Position numbers and translations under genes: made by a program
Source of the DNA: an uncultured Methanocellales archaeon
GTDB taxonomy: Archaea > Halobacteriota > UBA148 > JAJOKI01
DNA: 38,068 nt
Reading direction: 5' to 3'
NCBI GenBank assembly: GCA_964412405.1
Contig: CAYPOB010000002.1
Location: forward strand, 1 to 38,068
Part shown: one piece after another, positions 26,412 to 35,305 of the stretch
Layout: each line of letters opens with the position of its first letter
Position numbering within the stretch: the first letter of the stretch is position 1
The notes under the pieces: generated by a model
Database searches by the model: none
Told to the model about the DNA's origin: nothing
The model's input: the letters and a program-made list of their open reading frames with translations, nothing else

Positions 26412-26976
26412 ATAACATTCTGTTCTTGGGGGTAAGTAGGGGGTGCGGCAAAACTTCAATAGTAAATGCACTTTACAGACTGCTCGATGAAAACGGCCAC
26501 AAAGTCGACAAGTTTCAGGTCGATGTGGTTGATGGGGATGTAATGGGAATGCAATATCGCAGTTAAGATATGAATGCGATGGCGCCATCATAGAAGGTAT
26601 TGGAGACGGTGCGGACGGGATGACTGCGGGTGTGGATGCATCGCTCATCCTGATTGGAGATATTGAAAAAGGTGGCGTATTCGCCGGATTGTATGGGACA
26701 TATGCATTCGAAAGTCTTCCGAAGGAAGTCTTTCTTAAGAAGAGATTCGAAGAATCTCTTCAGCTAAAAGAATTGCGTATCTCTGGCTTTTTGATTAACA
26801 AATTCCGAGGAGATGTTGCAATTCTGGAGCCCGGGCTAAAGTTCCTTGAGGATGAGACCGGGGTCCCCGTTCTTGGCGTTATTCCCTATGTCAAAAGTCC
26901 AGATGAATTTGTCATGGCATTTAAGGAAAACGTCGATTTGGATGCAATATCGAGAATGCTGGGTGTAGAAATATGA
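26408..26976 (+). pseudogene. second, shortened and frameshifted CbiP/CobQ-N-like copy
   Basis: ATG 26408 (ATGA overlap with the previous stop) gives MNNILFLGVSRGCGKTSIVNALYRLLDENGHKV...* ending at 26566. A second frame opens at 26533 and continues YECDGAIIEGIGDG...LILIGDIEKGGVFAGLYGT...FLINKFRGDVAILEPGL...GVPVLGVIPYV. Its stop overlaps the cobD ATG (ATGA). Confidence 0.55.
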
Positions 26977-28370
26977 GGAGACGTATCAGAGGAGAAGCGC
27001 TGAATCTAAAACGATGCATACATGGTGGAAATAGTACAGACGACATAATCGATTTCAGCGCCAGCATCAACCCACTTGCGCCGCCAGATGCAACGGGCAT
27101 CTTGTTGGCTGCATATGAACGGGTTGGACAATATCCAGATGACCGATATACTGCATTTAGGGAGGTTGCCGCGAACTTCGTTGGTGTAGGTGTGGGTAAT
27201 ATAATCCCTGGAAACGGCTCTATGGAGTTAATCAGACTCTTCGCCGAAACAGTCATCGAGCGCGGTGACCGAGTGATCATCCCCTGTCCGACCTTCGGGG
27301 AATATGAATTTCAATCCAGATTATTTGGAGCAAGACCGCGATTCATTGAATATGAGAAGGTAAAAAACGGACAGATAAGCGATAGTGTATTGGAGGGTTC
27401 CAAGGTCCTTTATATATGCAATCCAAACAATCCGACAGGCGACCTGCTTCCAAGGGATGTATTAATAGACCTGACAACGAGGTGCTCAAAAAATAAAATA
27501 TTTCTCTTCGTGGATGAGGCGTTCATCGAACTGTCCGACCCAGAGCATAGCATCGCCGATGTCGCTGCGGAAAATGATTTCGTCTTCGTACTTCGGTCGC
27601 TGACAAAGTGCTTTGCAGTGCCTGGAATTAGGATAGGATATGGCATCGGCTCAGTTAGATTGACGGAATTGCTTGATAGGGCGCGATTGCCATGGAATCT
27701 CAACATATTCGCTGACGTGATTGGCGTCCATCTTCTCAAAAATCCTGAATATCTGGAACGATCACGTAAATTTATAAAAACCGAGCGAGAGTGGTTGATA
27801 AATCGGTTGAGTGGTATAAGGGGTATACGTCCCTTGAAGAGCAAGGCTAACTTCATCTTGCTCGATATAAGTGGCACCGGCCTCGCATCACGTGAAATTA
27901 CGCGGCGCATGCTCGGGCACGGGATACAGGTCAGGGATTGCAGTTCGTTTAGGTCTCTCGATGAAGACCATGTCAGGGTTGCCGTTAGAACGAGGGCTGA
28001 AAATGAGGGGCTCGCCGCCGCTTTCAATCACATCTCAGAACGGGACCATCTTGGCTGTGAACACTATCCATGCCATTTCGAGGGGCAGGACTGTACCTTC
28101 TGCTTCTGTCCGTTCTATCCATGCGAGGACGGGCGCCTTGGACATGTCACAGATGGAACATCTGTGAGAGTTGTAATCCTGAAGGGATTTCAACAGTATG
28201 CGAAAAAGTCCTCTGGCGGCATTGCGTGGAGTTGTATTAACTGCAATATTATACACCAGCCAGATGTGGCGCAAGAGGTGCTGGACAGGCTTCTCGCGGA
28301 TGAAGAATCCGCTGGTGATGAATTGAGCAAAGTCTGGAAAATCATAGAGAGGCGGTTATGCACTGGATAA
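26973..28370 (+). CDS. cobD: L-threonine-O-3-phosphate decarboxylase fused to a C-terminal Cys-rich small domain
   Basis: Class I/II aminotransferase fold (HGGN..DFSASINPL, NPNNPTG, SLTKCFAVPGIRIGY). The C-terminal CEHYPCHFEGQDCTFCFCPFYPC...WSCINCNIIH matches my recall of the Cys-rich small (zf-like) domain seen with methanogen corrinoid genes. Confidence 0.8.
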   Translation: MRRRIRGEALNLKRCIHGGNSTDDIIDFSASINPLAPPDATGILLAAYERVGQYPDDRYTAFREVAANFVGVGVGNIIPGNGSMELIRLFAETVIERGDRVIIPCPTFGEYEFQSRLFGARPRFIEYEKVKNGQISDSVLEGSKVLYICNPNNPTGDLLPRDVLIDLTTRCSKNKIFLFVDEAFIELSDPEHSIADVAAENDFVFVLRSLTKCFAVPGIRIGYGIGSVRLTELLDRARLPWNLNIFADVIGVHLLKNPEYLERSRKFIKTEREWLINRLSGIRGIRPLKSKANFILLDISGTGLASREITRRMLGHGIQVRDCSSFRSLDEDHVRVAVRTRAENEGLAAAFNHISERDHLGCEHYPCHFEGQDCTFCFCPFYPCEDGRLGHVTDGTSVRVVILKGFQQYAKKSSGGIAWSCINCNIIHQPDVAQEVLDRLLADEESAGDELSKVWKIIERRLCTG

Positions 28371-29257
28371 TTCTTGGTCTTGCGGCCATTATGGACTTGC
28401 TGTTCGGCGAGCCCAATGAAACGTTCCACCCAGTAGTCTGGATTGGTAAACTAATAGATGCTATACAAAGCCATCTGGACAAATCAAAAATTTCCGGCTG
28501 CATATTGGTGCTGATAGTCGTTGGCAGCGCTGTATTGGGGGGATATCTGGTCACCCTTATGCATGGCTTCATCGGTCTGCTCGTATCCGCATACGTTCTA
28601 AAATCGACATTTTCCATTACATGCCTGACTAATACTGCAACGAAGATATGCGGGCATCTTGAGAGAGATGACCTCGTCAGTGCCAAAAAGGAGTTGCCTG
28701 CGCTGGTTGGGAGGGACCCGGAAGGACTTACAAAGGATGGGATGTGTTCCGCCGTCATAGAATCGATCGCAGAGAACTTCGTAGACGGAATACTGTCTCC
28801 AATATTTTACTTCGTGCTCTTCGGGTTGCCAGGGGCAGTGGGGTATAAGGCAATAAATACCCTGGATTCCATGATTGGATATGAGAATCGGGGCGATTTC
28901 GGATGGGCTTCCGCAAGACTGGATGATGTGGTAAACTATATACCAGCAAGATTGTCGGTGCTTTTTATCATTATGGTGTCAGCTTTCCACGGTTCATCCC
29001 TTTCTGCTCTGAGAATATCAAGGCGAGATCATGGTCAAACCGCGAGCCCGAATTCTGGATGGCCAATGGCTGCGATGGCTGGGGCATTGAGCACATCCCT
29101 GAAAAAGCCGCTGTGCTATACCATGGGAGACGAGTTTGCATTACCCGAGCCGCAACAAATAAGGGAGGCAATTCAAATAATGAAGATGTCGTCTATGGTC
29201 ATCATTATATTATCTCTTCCCATCCTCTATTACACAAAACTGCCGCTGGTGATGTAA
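28358..29257 (+). CDS. cbiB: adenosylcobinamide-phosphate synthase
   Basis: 299-aa membrane protein with FGEPNE..HPVVWIGK at the N-terminus and NTLDSMIGY, typical of CbiB. Confidence 0.85.
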   Translation: MHWIILGLAAIMDLLFGEPNETFHPVVWIGKLIDAIQSHLDKSKISGCILVLIVVGSAVLGGYLVTLMHGFIGLLVSAYVLKSTFSITCLTNTATKICGHLERDDLVSAKKELPALVGRDPEGLTKDGMCSAVIESIAENFVDGILSPIFYFVLFGLPGAVGYKAINTLDSMIGYENRGDFGWASARLDDVVNYIPARLSVLFIIMVSAFHGSSLSALRISRRDHGQTASPNSGWPMAAMAGALSTSLKKPLCYTMGDEFALPEPQQIREAIQIMKMSSMVIIILSLPILYYTKLPLVM

Positions 29258-29260
29258 ATA

Positions 29261-30331
29261 ATGTTGAAGATTCCGATAGATGGGATTTGTGTGAGAGTAG
29301 AAGAGAGAACACTTGTGATAGAATCGGAGAAGCCTATTTATATTCTAAGCTCTGCGGCATTAAATGGCGGTTTCAGCAGGGCGACGACGATAATAAATCA
29401 TCAAGTTGAGAAAAACTTCAGTCTGGAACCCAAAGTAAAACTGACACAGGTTATTGGGGAGCTGGGATTGCCAGAGTCTACAATAGGATTGATGACTGCT
29501 GCCAACGTGGCTGATCCTGGAATAATTTTTGAAGAGGAGGGTGGTCTGGCTGTCTGTGCCATCGTTACTGCTGGTCTATCCAATAATACGCTCAACACGA
29601 TTCTCTTGATAGACGGCGATTTGACGCAGTCGTGTATGGCAAACGCCGTAATCACTGCTACAGAAGGCAAGTGCCTTGCTCTGCAGCTTTTAGGTATAGG
29701 AGCAACTGGAACGTGCACGGACACGGTGACAATTGCCTGTACGAGCAAAGGTGAGAAAATAGAATATGCTGGAACTGCTACGGGACTTGGCAAGATGATT
29801 TACAATACCGTTAGGGATGCCACGCTGCAGGCGCTCCAAAAACAAGAACACATCACCGTAGATAGACCTATTATGCAAAGGCTGGAAGAACTGGGAATAA
29901 CACTTTCCAAGATTGTAGGGGCTGCTATGGCGCTCTTTGCCCCTCATCCTGGAATAAAGTCGGATAAGGTTGCGAGGCAAATATTTGTAGACGAATTAAA
30001 CAATGCGCTGGCAGACCCTAATGTTGGTGCTTTGATTTATGCGGGAATTGCCCTTGAAAGGGATGCAAAGGGGGGCATGATTCCTGACCTCAGAGGATAT
30101 GAAAACGATCTTGCATCCCTCGTTGCCGACGAAGTGCTGGGGATGAGCATTGCAAATTACATAGGCGGATATAAGGGGCTATTTGAGTATATCAGGTTTG
30201 ATAAAACAAAGCCGGGCATACTTGCAGAGCTGGGTCCGTTTATGGACGATGTGATCGCTGGGTTGATAGGCGGCGTCTCGGCGAAGATGTATGATGTGGG
30301 GATGAGGACCAAAGAGGATAAAGATGAATGA
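29261..30331 (+). CDS. cbiZ: adenosylcobinamide amidohydrolase CbiZ fused to a PgpA-like (CobZ-type alpha-ribazole-phosphate phosphatase) domain
   Basis: The N-terminal ~200 aa are CbiZ-like (SSAALNGGF...INHQV). The C-terminal ~150 aa carry ADEVLG and MDDVIAGLIGG motifs reminiscent of PgpA/CobZ. Confidence 0.65.
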   Translation: MLKIPIDGICVRVEERTLVIESEKPIYILSSAALNGGFSRATTIINHQVEKNFSLEPKVKLTQVIGELGLPESTIGLMTAANVADPGIIFEEEGGLAVCAIVTAGLSNNTLNTILLIDGDLTQSCMANAVITATEGKCLALQLLGIGATGTCTDTVTIACTSKGEKIEYAGTATGLGKMIYNTVRDATLQALQKQEHITVDRPIMQRLEELGITLSKIVGAAMALFAPHPGIKSDKVARQIFVDELNNALADPNVGALIYAGIALERDAKGGMIPDLRGYENDLASLVADEVLGMSIANYIGGYKGLFEYIRFDKTKPGILAELGPFMDDVIAGLIGGVSAKMYDVGMRTKEDKDE

Positions 30332-31070
30332 CCTTCTCTCCGCGATAAAAGCCGCCATAGGTTTTCTAACGACGTTTCCGGTCGGAATCGATATGGATGG
30401 TCTGCAGAAGCTTGGCAAACGCGCATACCTGTTTCCATTCATGGGCGCCATCATTGGTCTAATAGTTGGTAGCATTGGACTCGTACTTCAACACCTGCCG
30501 CCATATCTATACTCGGCATTACTCATCCTCGCCCTGTACTGCATTACAGGATTAAATCATATGGATGGGTTGATGGATTTTGGAGATGCCATTACTGCGC
30601 ATGGCACCCCGGAAGAGAGGGTTAATATTATGCACGACACTGCCATTGGGGTTGGCGGAACGGTCTTTTGTGTAATGTCGTTGCTGATTCTGTTTTCTGC
30701 CATAACTGCAATAGAGCATAACCCCTTATTCGTCATCTTGGTAGTAGAAATTGGCGCCAAACAATCCATGCTAACAGCAGCGATGTTCGGAAAGAGTATG
30801 CACAAGGGAATGGGGTCGATATTCATCGATAATGTCAGACGTCGCGATTTCTTGATTGGCCTGGTTTTTTCTTGTGTCGTATGCTGGCTTGCGTTTGATG
30901 TGTTTGGCATTATCGCCCTATCGTCTGCGCTATTGTCTTCGCTCGTGATAGTGCATATCGCCAGCCGCAATTTTGGAGGGATAAATGGCGACGTTCTCGG
31001 AGCGACCAATGAAGTGGGGCGCATAGTAGGACTGATTGCAATCGGAGTGATGATATGGATGCCCTTGTAA
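30324..31070 (+). CDS. cobS: adenosylcobinamide-GDP ribazoletransferase (cobalamin synthase)
   Basis: 248-aa polytopic protein with FLTTFPV near the N-terminus, a GLNHMDGLMDFGD motif and GGINGDVLGA. Confidence 0.85.
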   Translation: MNDLLSAIKAAIGFLTTFPVGIDMDGLQKLGKRAYLFPFMGAIIGLIVGSIGLVLQHLPPYLYSALLILALYCITGLNHMDGLMDFGDAITAHGTPEERVNIMHDTAIGVGGTVFCVMSLLILFSAITAIEHNPLFVILVVEIGAKQSMLTAAMFGKSMHKGMGSIFIDNVRRRDFLIGLVFSCVVCWLAFDVFGIIALSSALLSSLVIVHIASRNFGGINGDVLGATNEVGRIVGLIAIGVMIWMPL

Positions 31071-31657
31071 TGGCTGGCGGTCACGGCAATAGACTGGGCA
31101 AAGGAGAAAAACCACTGATGGGCCTGTGCGGGAAACCGATGATATCGTATGTATTGGATGCGCTTTGCCAAAGTGAGAGGGTTGACAAAATTTTCATTGC
31201 AACCTCTCCACATACGCCGGAAACAAAAAAGCATTTGGAAAACGTGAATTATCGCGTGATTGAGACCATGGGCAGAGGATATATTCCTGATTTGATAGAG
31301 GCAACCGAAACTCTTGGATTAAAATCTCCATTCCTCATCGTAATGGCTGACCTGCCACTTCTGGACGGCAAGATAATCGATGATATTATCGACGTATACT
31401 CAAAGATAAACAAGCCAGCGCTCTCTGTCCACGTCCCTCTCAGGGCCTGCAGAGAGGTCGATGTACGCCCCGATATTGTGCTAAATAAAAATGGCGAATT
31501 GACCGTGCCGGTAGGTGTGAATATCCTGGATGGGCGCCTGATAAGGGAGGAACAGGATGAACACTTGCTCATAATGGATGATCTGATGCTGGCGGTCAAT
31601 GTGAATACAGTCGATGATCTAGAGGTTTGCGATAGAATTTTAACCAAAAAAGTTTAA
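31055..31657 (+). CDS. cobY: archaeal adenosylcobinamide-phosphate guanylyltransferase
   Basis: 200 aa with the N-terminal nucleotidyltransferase motif MAGGHGNRLG. The position after cobS is typical of archaeal CobY. Confidence 0.75.
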   Translation: MDALVMAGGHGNRLGKGEKPLMGLCGKPMISYVLDALCQSERVDKIFIATSPHTPETKKHLENVNYRVIETMGRGYIPDLIEATETLGLKSPFLIVMADLPLLDGKIIDDIIDVYSKINKPALSVHVPLRACREVDVRPDIVLNKNGELTVPVGVNILDGRLIREEQDEHLLIMDDLMLAVNVNTVDDLEVCDRILTKKV

Positions 31658-31920
31658 TGAGTCATAAAAGTATAATTGTTATAGCAAGATAGTTTTCAGT
31701 GAGATTGTTAAGATTATATGGTCAATTTTGAGGGGACTTTAAAATCACTCACTGCGCCTAAAGGTATGTTGAGCAACTCTCAGAACTCTCGATAAAAGTC
31801 GAAATATGGAACTAATAAATGTAACTTTGTCCGAAACATATCTTGACATAACTTAGTGAACTTTGGAGGTAGTGACGATGTATTCGCATTTGACGAAAAA
31901 ACTTAAAATGATTAATCGTT

Positions 31921-31930
31921 AAATATATAA
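31921..31930 (+). promoter_or_regulatory. TATA-box-like element upstream of rnfC
   Basis: AAATATATAA lies about 45 nt upstream of ATG 31975, with GGAG at 31963-31966 as a Shine-Dalgarno-like site. Confidence 0.3.
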
Positions 31931-31974
31931 CTCAGCTCAGCACATAACAATAAATTCCGTGTGGAGTATGATAG

Positions 31975-33174
31975 ATGAAGCAGATTACATCCATCGTAAA
32001 AATATCTGAAAAAGTGACGATCCCATTACAGCAACATGCTGGCGTGGAGAATAAACCCCTGGTCGATGTTGGTGACGTGGTTAAAATTGGTCAGAAGATC
32101 GGCGAAAGCGAATCTTGCATTTCACCGGTTCACTCCAGCGTCTCTGGGAAGGTTATTGCAATTTCCGAGCATCCTCACCCTTTTTATAAAAACATTCCGA
32201 CTATAATTATCGAGCCGAATGGAAAGGACACCCCTACCGAATTCAAAGCAGAGGATTGTTCTCGGCAGGGAAGGGAACAAATTATAGAAATCATAAAAGA
32301 GGCGGGAATCGTTGAGGCTGGTATCCCGGTTCACACCAAATTGTGCCCGTCTGATGTGGTCATCTTGAATGATGTGAATGAAGTTCCATACGTGACGACA
32401 AACCATGCTCTCATGCTGGATTTTCCTGTCGAAATAGTGGAAGGGCTGAAAATATTGATGAAATCTACTGGAGCATCGCGCGGTCTTATCGGAATTGATG
32501 TTAGGGATTCGGAGGCAATCAATACGATGAACAAGGCAGTGGTCGACGACTCGAACATAGAAACGGTCTCGTTAAAAACCACGTATGTGCAGGGTATGGG
32601 GGAGTTTTTTGCCAAAGATGTCGTCAAACCGTTGTATGGACAGCAGACATCCAACGCCAGCACGATGACCGCCACCATCGGAACTGCTAAGGCCGTGTAT
32701 GATGCGGTATGTACAGGCAAGCCCATGATCGAGACGACCGTTACCGTTTGGGGGACAAAAAAATCACAAAACGTATTGGCTAAAATTGGAACTTCGGTAA
32801 GAGATGTAATCGGGCATTGTGGGGGCTGTAGTGGTGAGCCAAAAAAGATCATCATCAATGGGCCGATGACGGGGGCGGCTCAGTATACGGACGAGGTGCC
32901 AGTTACCAAAGACGTACATGGAATACTAATCCAATATGAGGAAGATGCCACAATAGCAGAAAATCTACCATGCATCAATTGTGCCAAATGTGTCGATGTA
33001 TGTCCGGCGAATTTATTACCGAACATGTTGGTAGCGTTCGCGAATAACGATAGATTTGATATGTGCAAGAAATATAATATATCTGCCTGTGTGGAGTGCG
33101 GTAAATGTGCCTATGTATGCCCATCCAAGATACCAATACTGCAACTGATAGAATATATAAAGGAGGTGGGATAA
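31975..33174 (+). CDS. rnfC: Rnf complex subunit C (divergent nucleotide/flavin-binding region)
   Basis: 399 aa. It has the RnfC N-terminal barrel (IPLQQHAG...VHSSVSGKV), an SLBB-like region and two ferredoxin motifs (CINCAKCVDVCP, CVECGKCAYVCP). It is first in the rnfCDGEAB order. Confidence 0.8.
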   Translation: MKQITSIVKISEKVTIPLQQHAGVENKPLVDVGDVVKIGQKIGESESCISPVHSSVSGKVIAISEHPHPFYKNIPTIIIEPNGKDTPTEFKAEDCSRQGREQIIEIIKEAGIVEAGIPVHTKLCPSDVVILNDVNEVPYVTTNHALMLDFPVEIVEGLKILMKSTGASRGLIGIDVRDSEAINTMNKAVVDDSNIETVSLKTTYVQGMGEFFAKDVVKPLYGQQTSNASTMTATIGTAKAVYDAVCTGKPMIETTVTVWGTKKSQNVLAKIGTSVRDVIGHCGGCSGEPKKIIINGPMTGAAQYTDEVPVTKDVHGILIQYEEDATIAENLPCINCAKCVDVCPANLLPNMLVAFANNDRFDMCKKYNISACVECGKCAYVCPSKIPILQLIEYIKEVG

Positions 33175-33990
33175 GTGAGCGTGGTCGTATCTGCACCGCC
33201 GCATATCAAAAAAGGCGTATCTGCTAAAAAAATGACATGGGGAATGATTATTGCGTTGCTTCCTGCAGTAGCTGTGTCGGTATATTTTTTTGGGCCCCAT
33301 GCACTGGCCATCATCTTAATGAGCGTATTGGTAGCAATTGGGACGGAGGGCGCCATTCAAAAAATGTCTTTGAAAAAGACGACCATTACAGACGGCAGCG
33401 CCGTGGTCACTGGATTACTGTTAGCACTGCTTCTCCCATCAAATGTACCGTTGTGGATTCCTATCGTCGGAGCATTCGTCGCCGTGGCAATCGCAAAGCA
33501 AGCCTTTGGTGGTTACGGCTCCAATATATTCAATCCTGCGCTGGTCGGATGGGCATTTTTGACCATGGCATGGCCCGTGTACATGGCAGTGGACGCCGCA
33601 AGACTGGTGGATATATCGCCAGTCGTGTTATTGATCTGTGCAGTATTTTTATTTTTGTTGAACAGAGGATACGTTAAGTGGCGAATCTCCACGGCCTATC
33701 TGATAACCGTCGTATCGCTGATTGCACTATTTAACATGGATATTTCTCGCATCTTCATCGGCATCTTCATACTTGGCGTGTTTTTCATGGCAATCGACCC
33801 GGTGACGACTCCCACAACTAAAAAAGGCAGGTTTGTCTTTGGAATCGGATGCGGGATATTGACCGTGATATACGGGCTATATGGCGGTTACGCTGAGGGC
33901 ATAGGCTACTCGATATTATTGATGAACTCCGTTACGCCACTGATCGATAGATTTACAAGGCCAAAGCCACTTCGGGAGGATGGACTATGA
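33175..33990 (+). CDS. rnfD: Rnf complex subunit D (short form)
   Basis: 271 aa. The GTG start is preceded by AGGAGGTG. Motifs DGSAVVTGLLLAL, FGGYGSNIFNPAL, FMAIDPVTTP and SILLMNSVTPLID are RnfD/NqrB-like. Confidence 0.8.
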   Translation: MSVVVSAPPHIKKGVSAKKMTWGMIIALLPAVAVSVYFFGPHALAIILMSVLVAIGTEGAIQKMSLKKTTITDGSAVVTGLLLALLLPSNVPLWIPIVGAFVAVAIAKQAFGGYGSNIFNPALVGWAFLTMAWPVYMAVDAARLVDISPVVLLICAVFLFLLNRGYVKWRISTAYLITVVSLIALFNMDISRIFIGIFILGVFFMAIDPVTTPTTKKGRFVFGIGCGILTVIYGLYGGYAEGIGYSILLMNSVTPLIDRFTRPKPLREDGL

Positions 33991-34700
33991 GTTGGAAAGA
34001 GTTAAAGCACCATAATCTATCGCTGTTGCTTGGATTGGCTGGGGCTATCATCTCAATATTTCTGGTGTCTTACTATTCCGGGGAGATGATGGTAGTGAGC
34101 TTTGGAGTATTCTTGATTTTCCTCGGTGTATCATCATCGTTATATGTGATCCGTCAATGTCTTGACTCGGATGAATTTCAAAGCATAATGGGAACGATAG
34201 CGAGGTTCACGCTCATCATAATGGTGGCTGCAGGTGCATTGGCAATAACTCACGAAGTAACGGAAATACAGATCGCCGCCAATAATGGGCTTGAGCTGGT
34301 ATTCTCAGAGCTTATGCCCGAAGCGACCCTATTTGTGCCCGTGCTCGATAGGAATAATGAGGTGATTTATTTTGAGGCCTTCGATGATGAAGGGATGTTG
34401 ATTGGATATGCCTTTGTTTCGATGAAAGATGGGTATGTCGCCCCCATAGTAGTCGCTGGTGCGATCGATTTGAATCACAAGGTCGTTGCTATAACGATTA
34501 TAAGGCAGACTGAAACTCCGGGGCTTGGTGATAGAATAACAACGCCTCAGTTTCTGGACCAATTCACCGACATAACTGTGGGAGAATTATACTTATCGCC
34601 ACATGGCGAGATCGATGCCATCACGGGCGCCACCATCTCCTCTCAGGTGGTAGTAGATGCCATACGGGAGAAAATAATGGAAATCGAGGCGATGACATGA
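33987..34700 (+). CDS. rnfG: Rnf complex subunit G with an N-terminal two-helix extension
   Basis: 237 aa with an FMN_bind-type domain (TETPGLGDRI and DAITGATISSQ). Its ATG overlaps the rnfD TGA. Confidence 0.8.
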   Translation: MSWKELKHHNLSLLLGLAGAIISIFLVSYYSGEMMVVSFGVFLIFLGVSSSLYVIRQCLDSDEFQSIMGTIARFTLIIMVAAGALAITHEVTEIQIAANNGLELVFSELMPEATLFVPVLDRNNEVIYFEAFDDEGMLIGYAFVSMKDGYVAPIVVAGAIDLNHKVVAITIIRQTETPGLGDRITTPQFLDQFTDITVGELYLSPHGEIDAITGATISSQVVVDAIREKIMEIEAMT

Positions 34701-35299
34701 GCGAAAAAAGTTACACGCGCGAATTCAAAAAGGGCATACTGAAGGATAATCCAGTTCTTTGTTTATTGCTCGGCTTGTGCCCAGCATTGGCGGTGTCCAC
34801 CTCCATAGAGCTTGCGCTTGGCATGGGTGCCGCCGTTATTTTCGTGCTGACGGCGTCCAACCTCATCATTTCCCTGTTGCGAAGGCAAATTCCTGTTGTA
34901 GTGAGGATTCCTTCGTTCATCGTGGTCATAGCCACCTTCGTCACCGTTGTGGAAATGACGATGGCGGCATTTATACCGCCACTACACAGAGCTCTGGGCA
35001 TATATCTTCCGTTGATCGTGGTGAATTGTATAGTCCTCGGCAGGGCAGAGGTATTTGCATCGAGGAATCCTCCAGCGATGTCCGTGATAGATGGTTTGGG
35101 GATGGGCACAGGGTTCACGCTGGCACTGATGTTAATAGGGGGTATCAGAGAGTTGTTCGGCACAGGGGAGATATTTTTTATGGGACATACCCTGTTGCAA
35201 GTCAATATTGAGCCTGCCATACTCATGATACTTCCACCTGGGGCATTCTTCGTGATCGGTCTGCTCCTCGGGTTGATCAATCTATTGAGGGACAGGTGA
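34697..35299 (+). CDS. rnfE: Rnf complex subunit E
   Basis: 200-aa polytopic protein of the RnfA/RnfE family (NPVLCLLLGLCPALAV, LGIYLPLIVVNCIVLGRAE). Confidence 0.85.
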   Translation: MSEKSYTREFKKGILKDNPVLCLLLGLCPALAVSTSIELALGMGAAVIFVLTASNLIISLLRRQIPVVVRIPSFIVVIATFVTVVEMTMAAFIPPLHRALGIYLPLIVVNCIVLGRAEVFASRNPPAMSVIDGLGMGTGFTLALMLIGGIRELFGTGEIFFMGHTLLQVNIEPAILMILPPGAFFVIGLLLGLINLLRDR

Positions 35300-35305
35300 T
35301 TAAAA

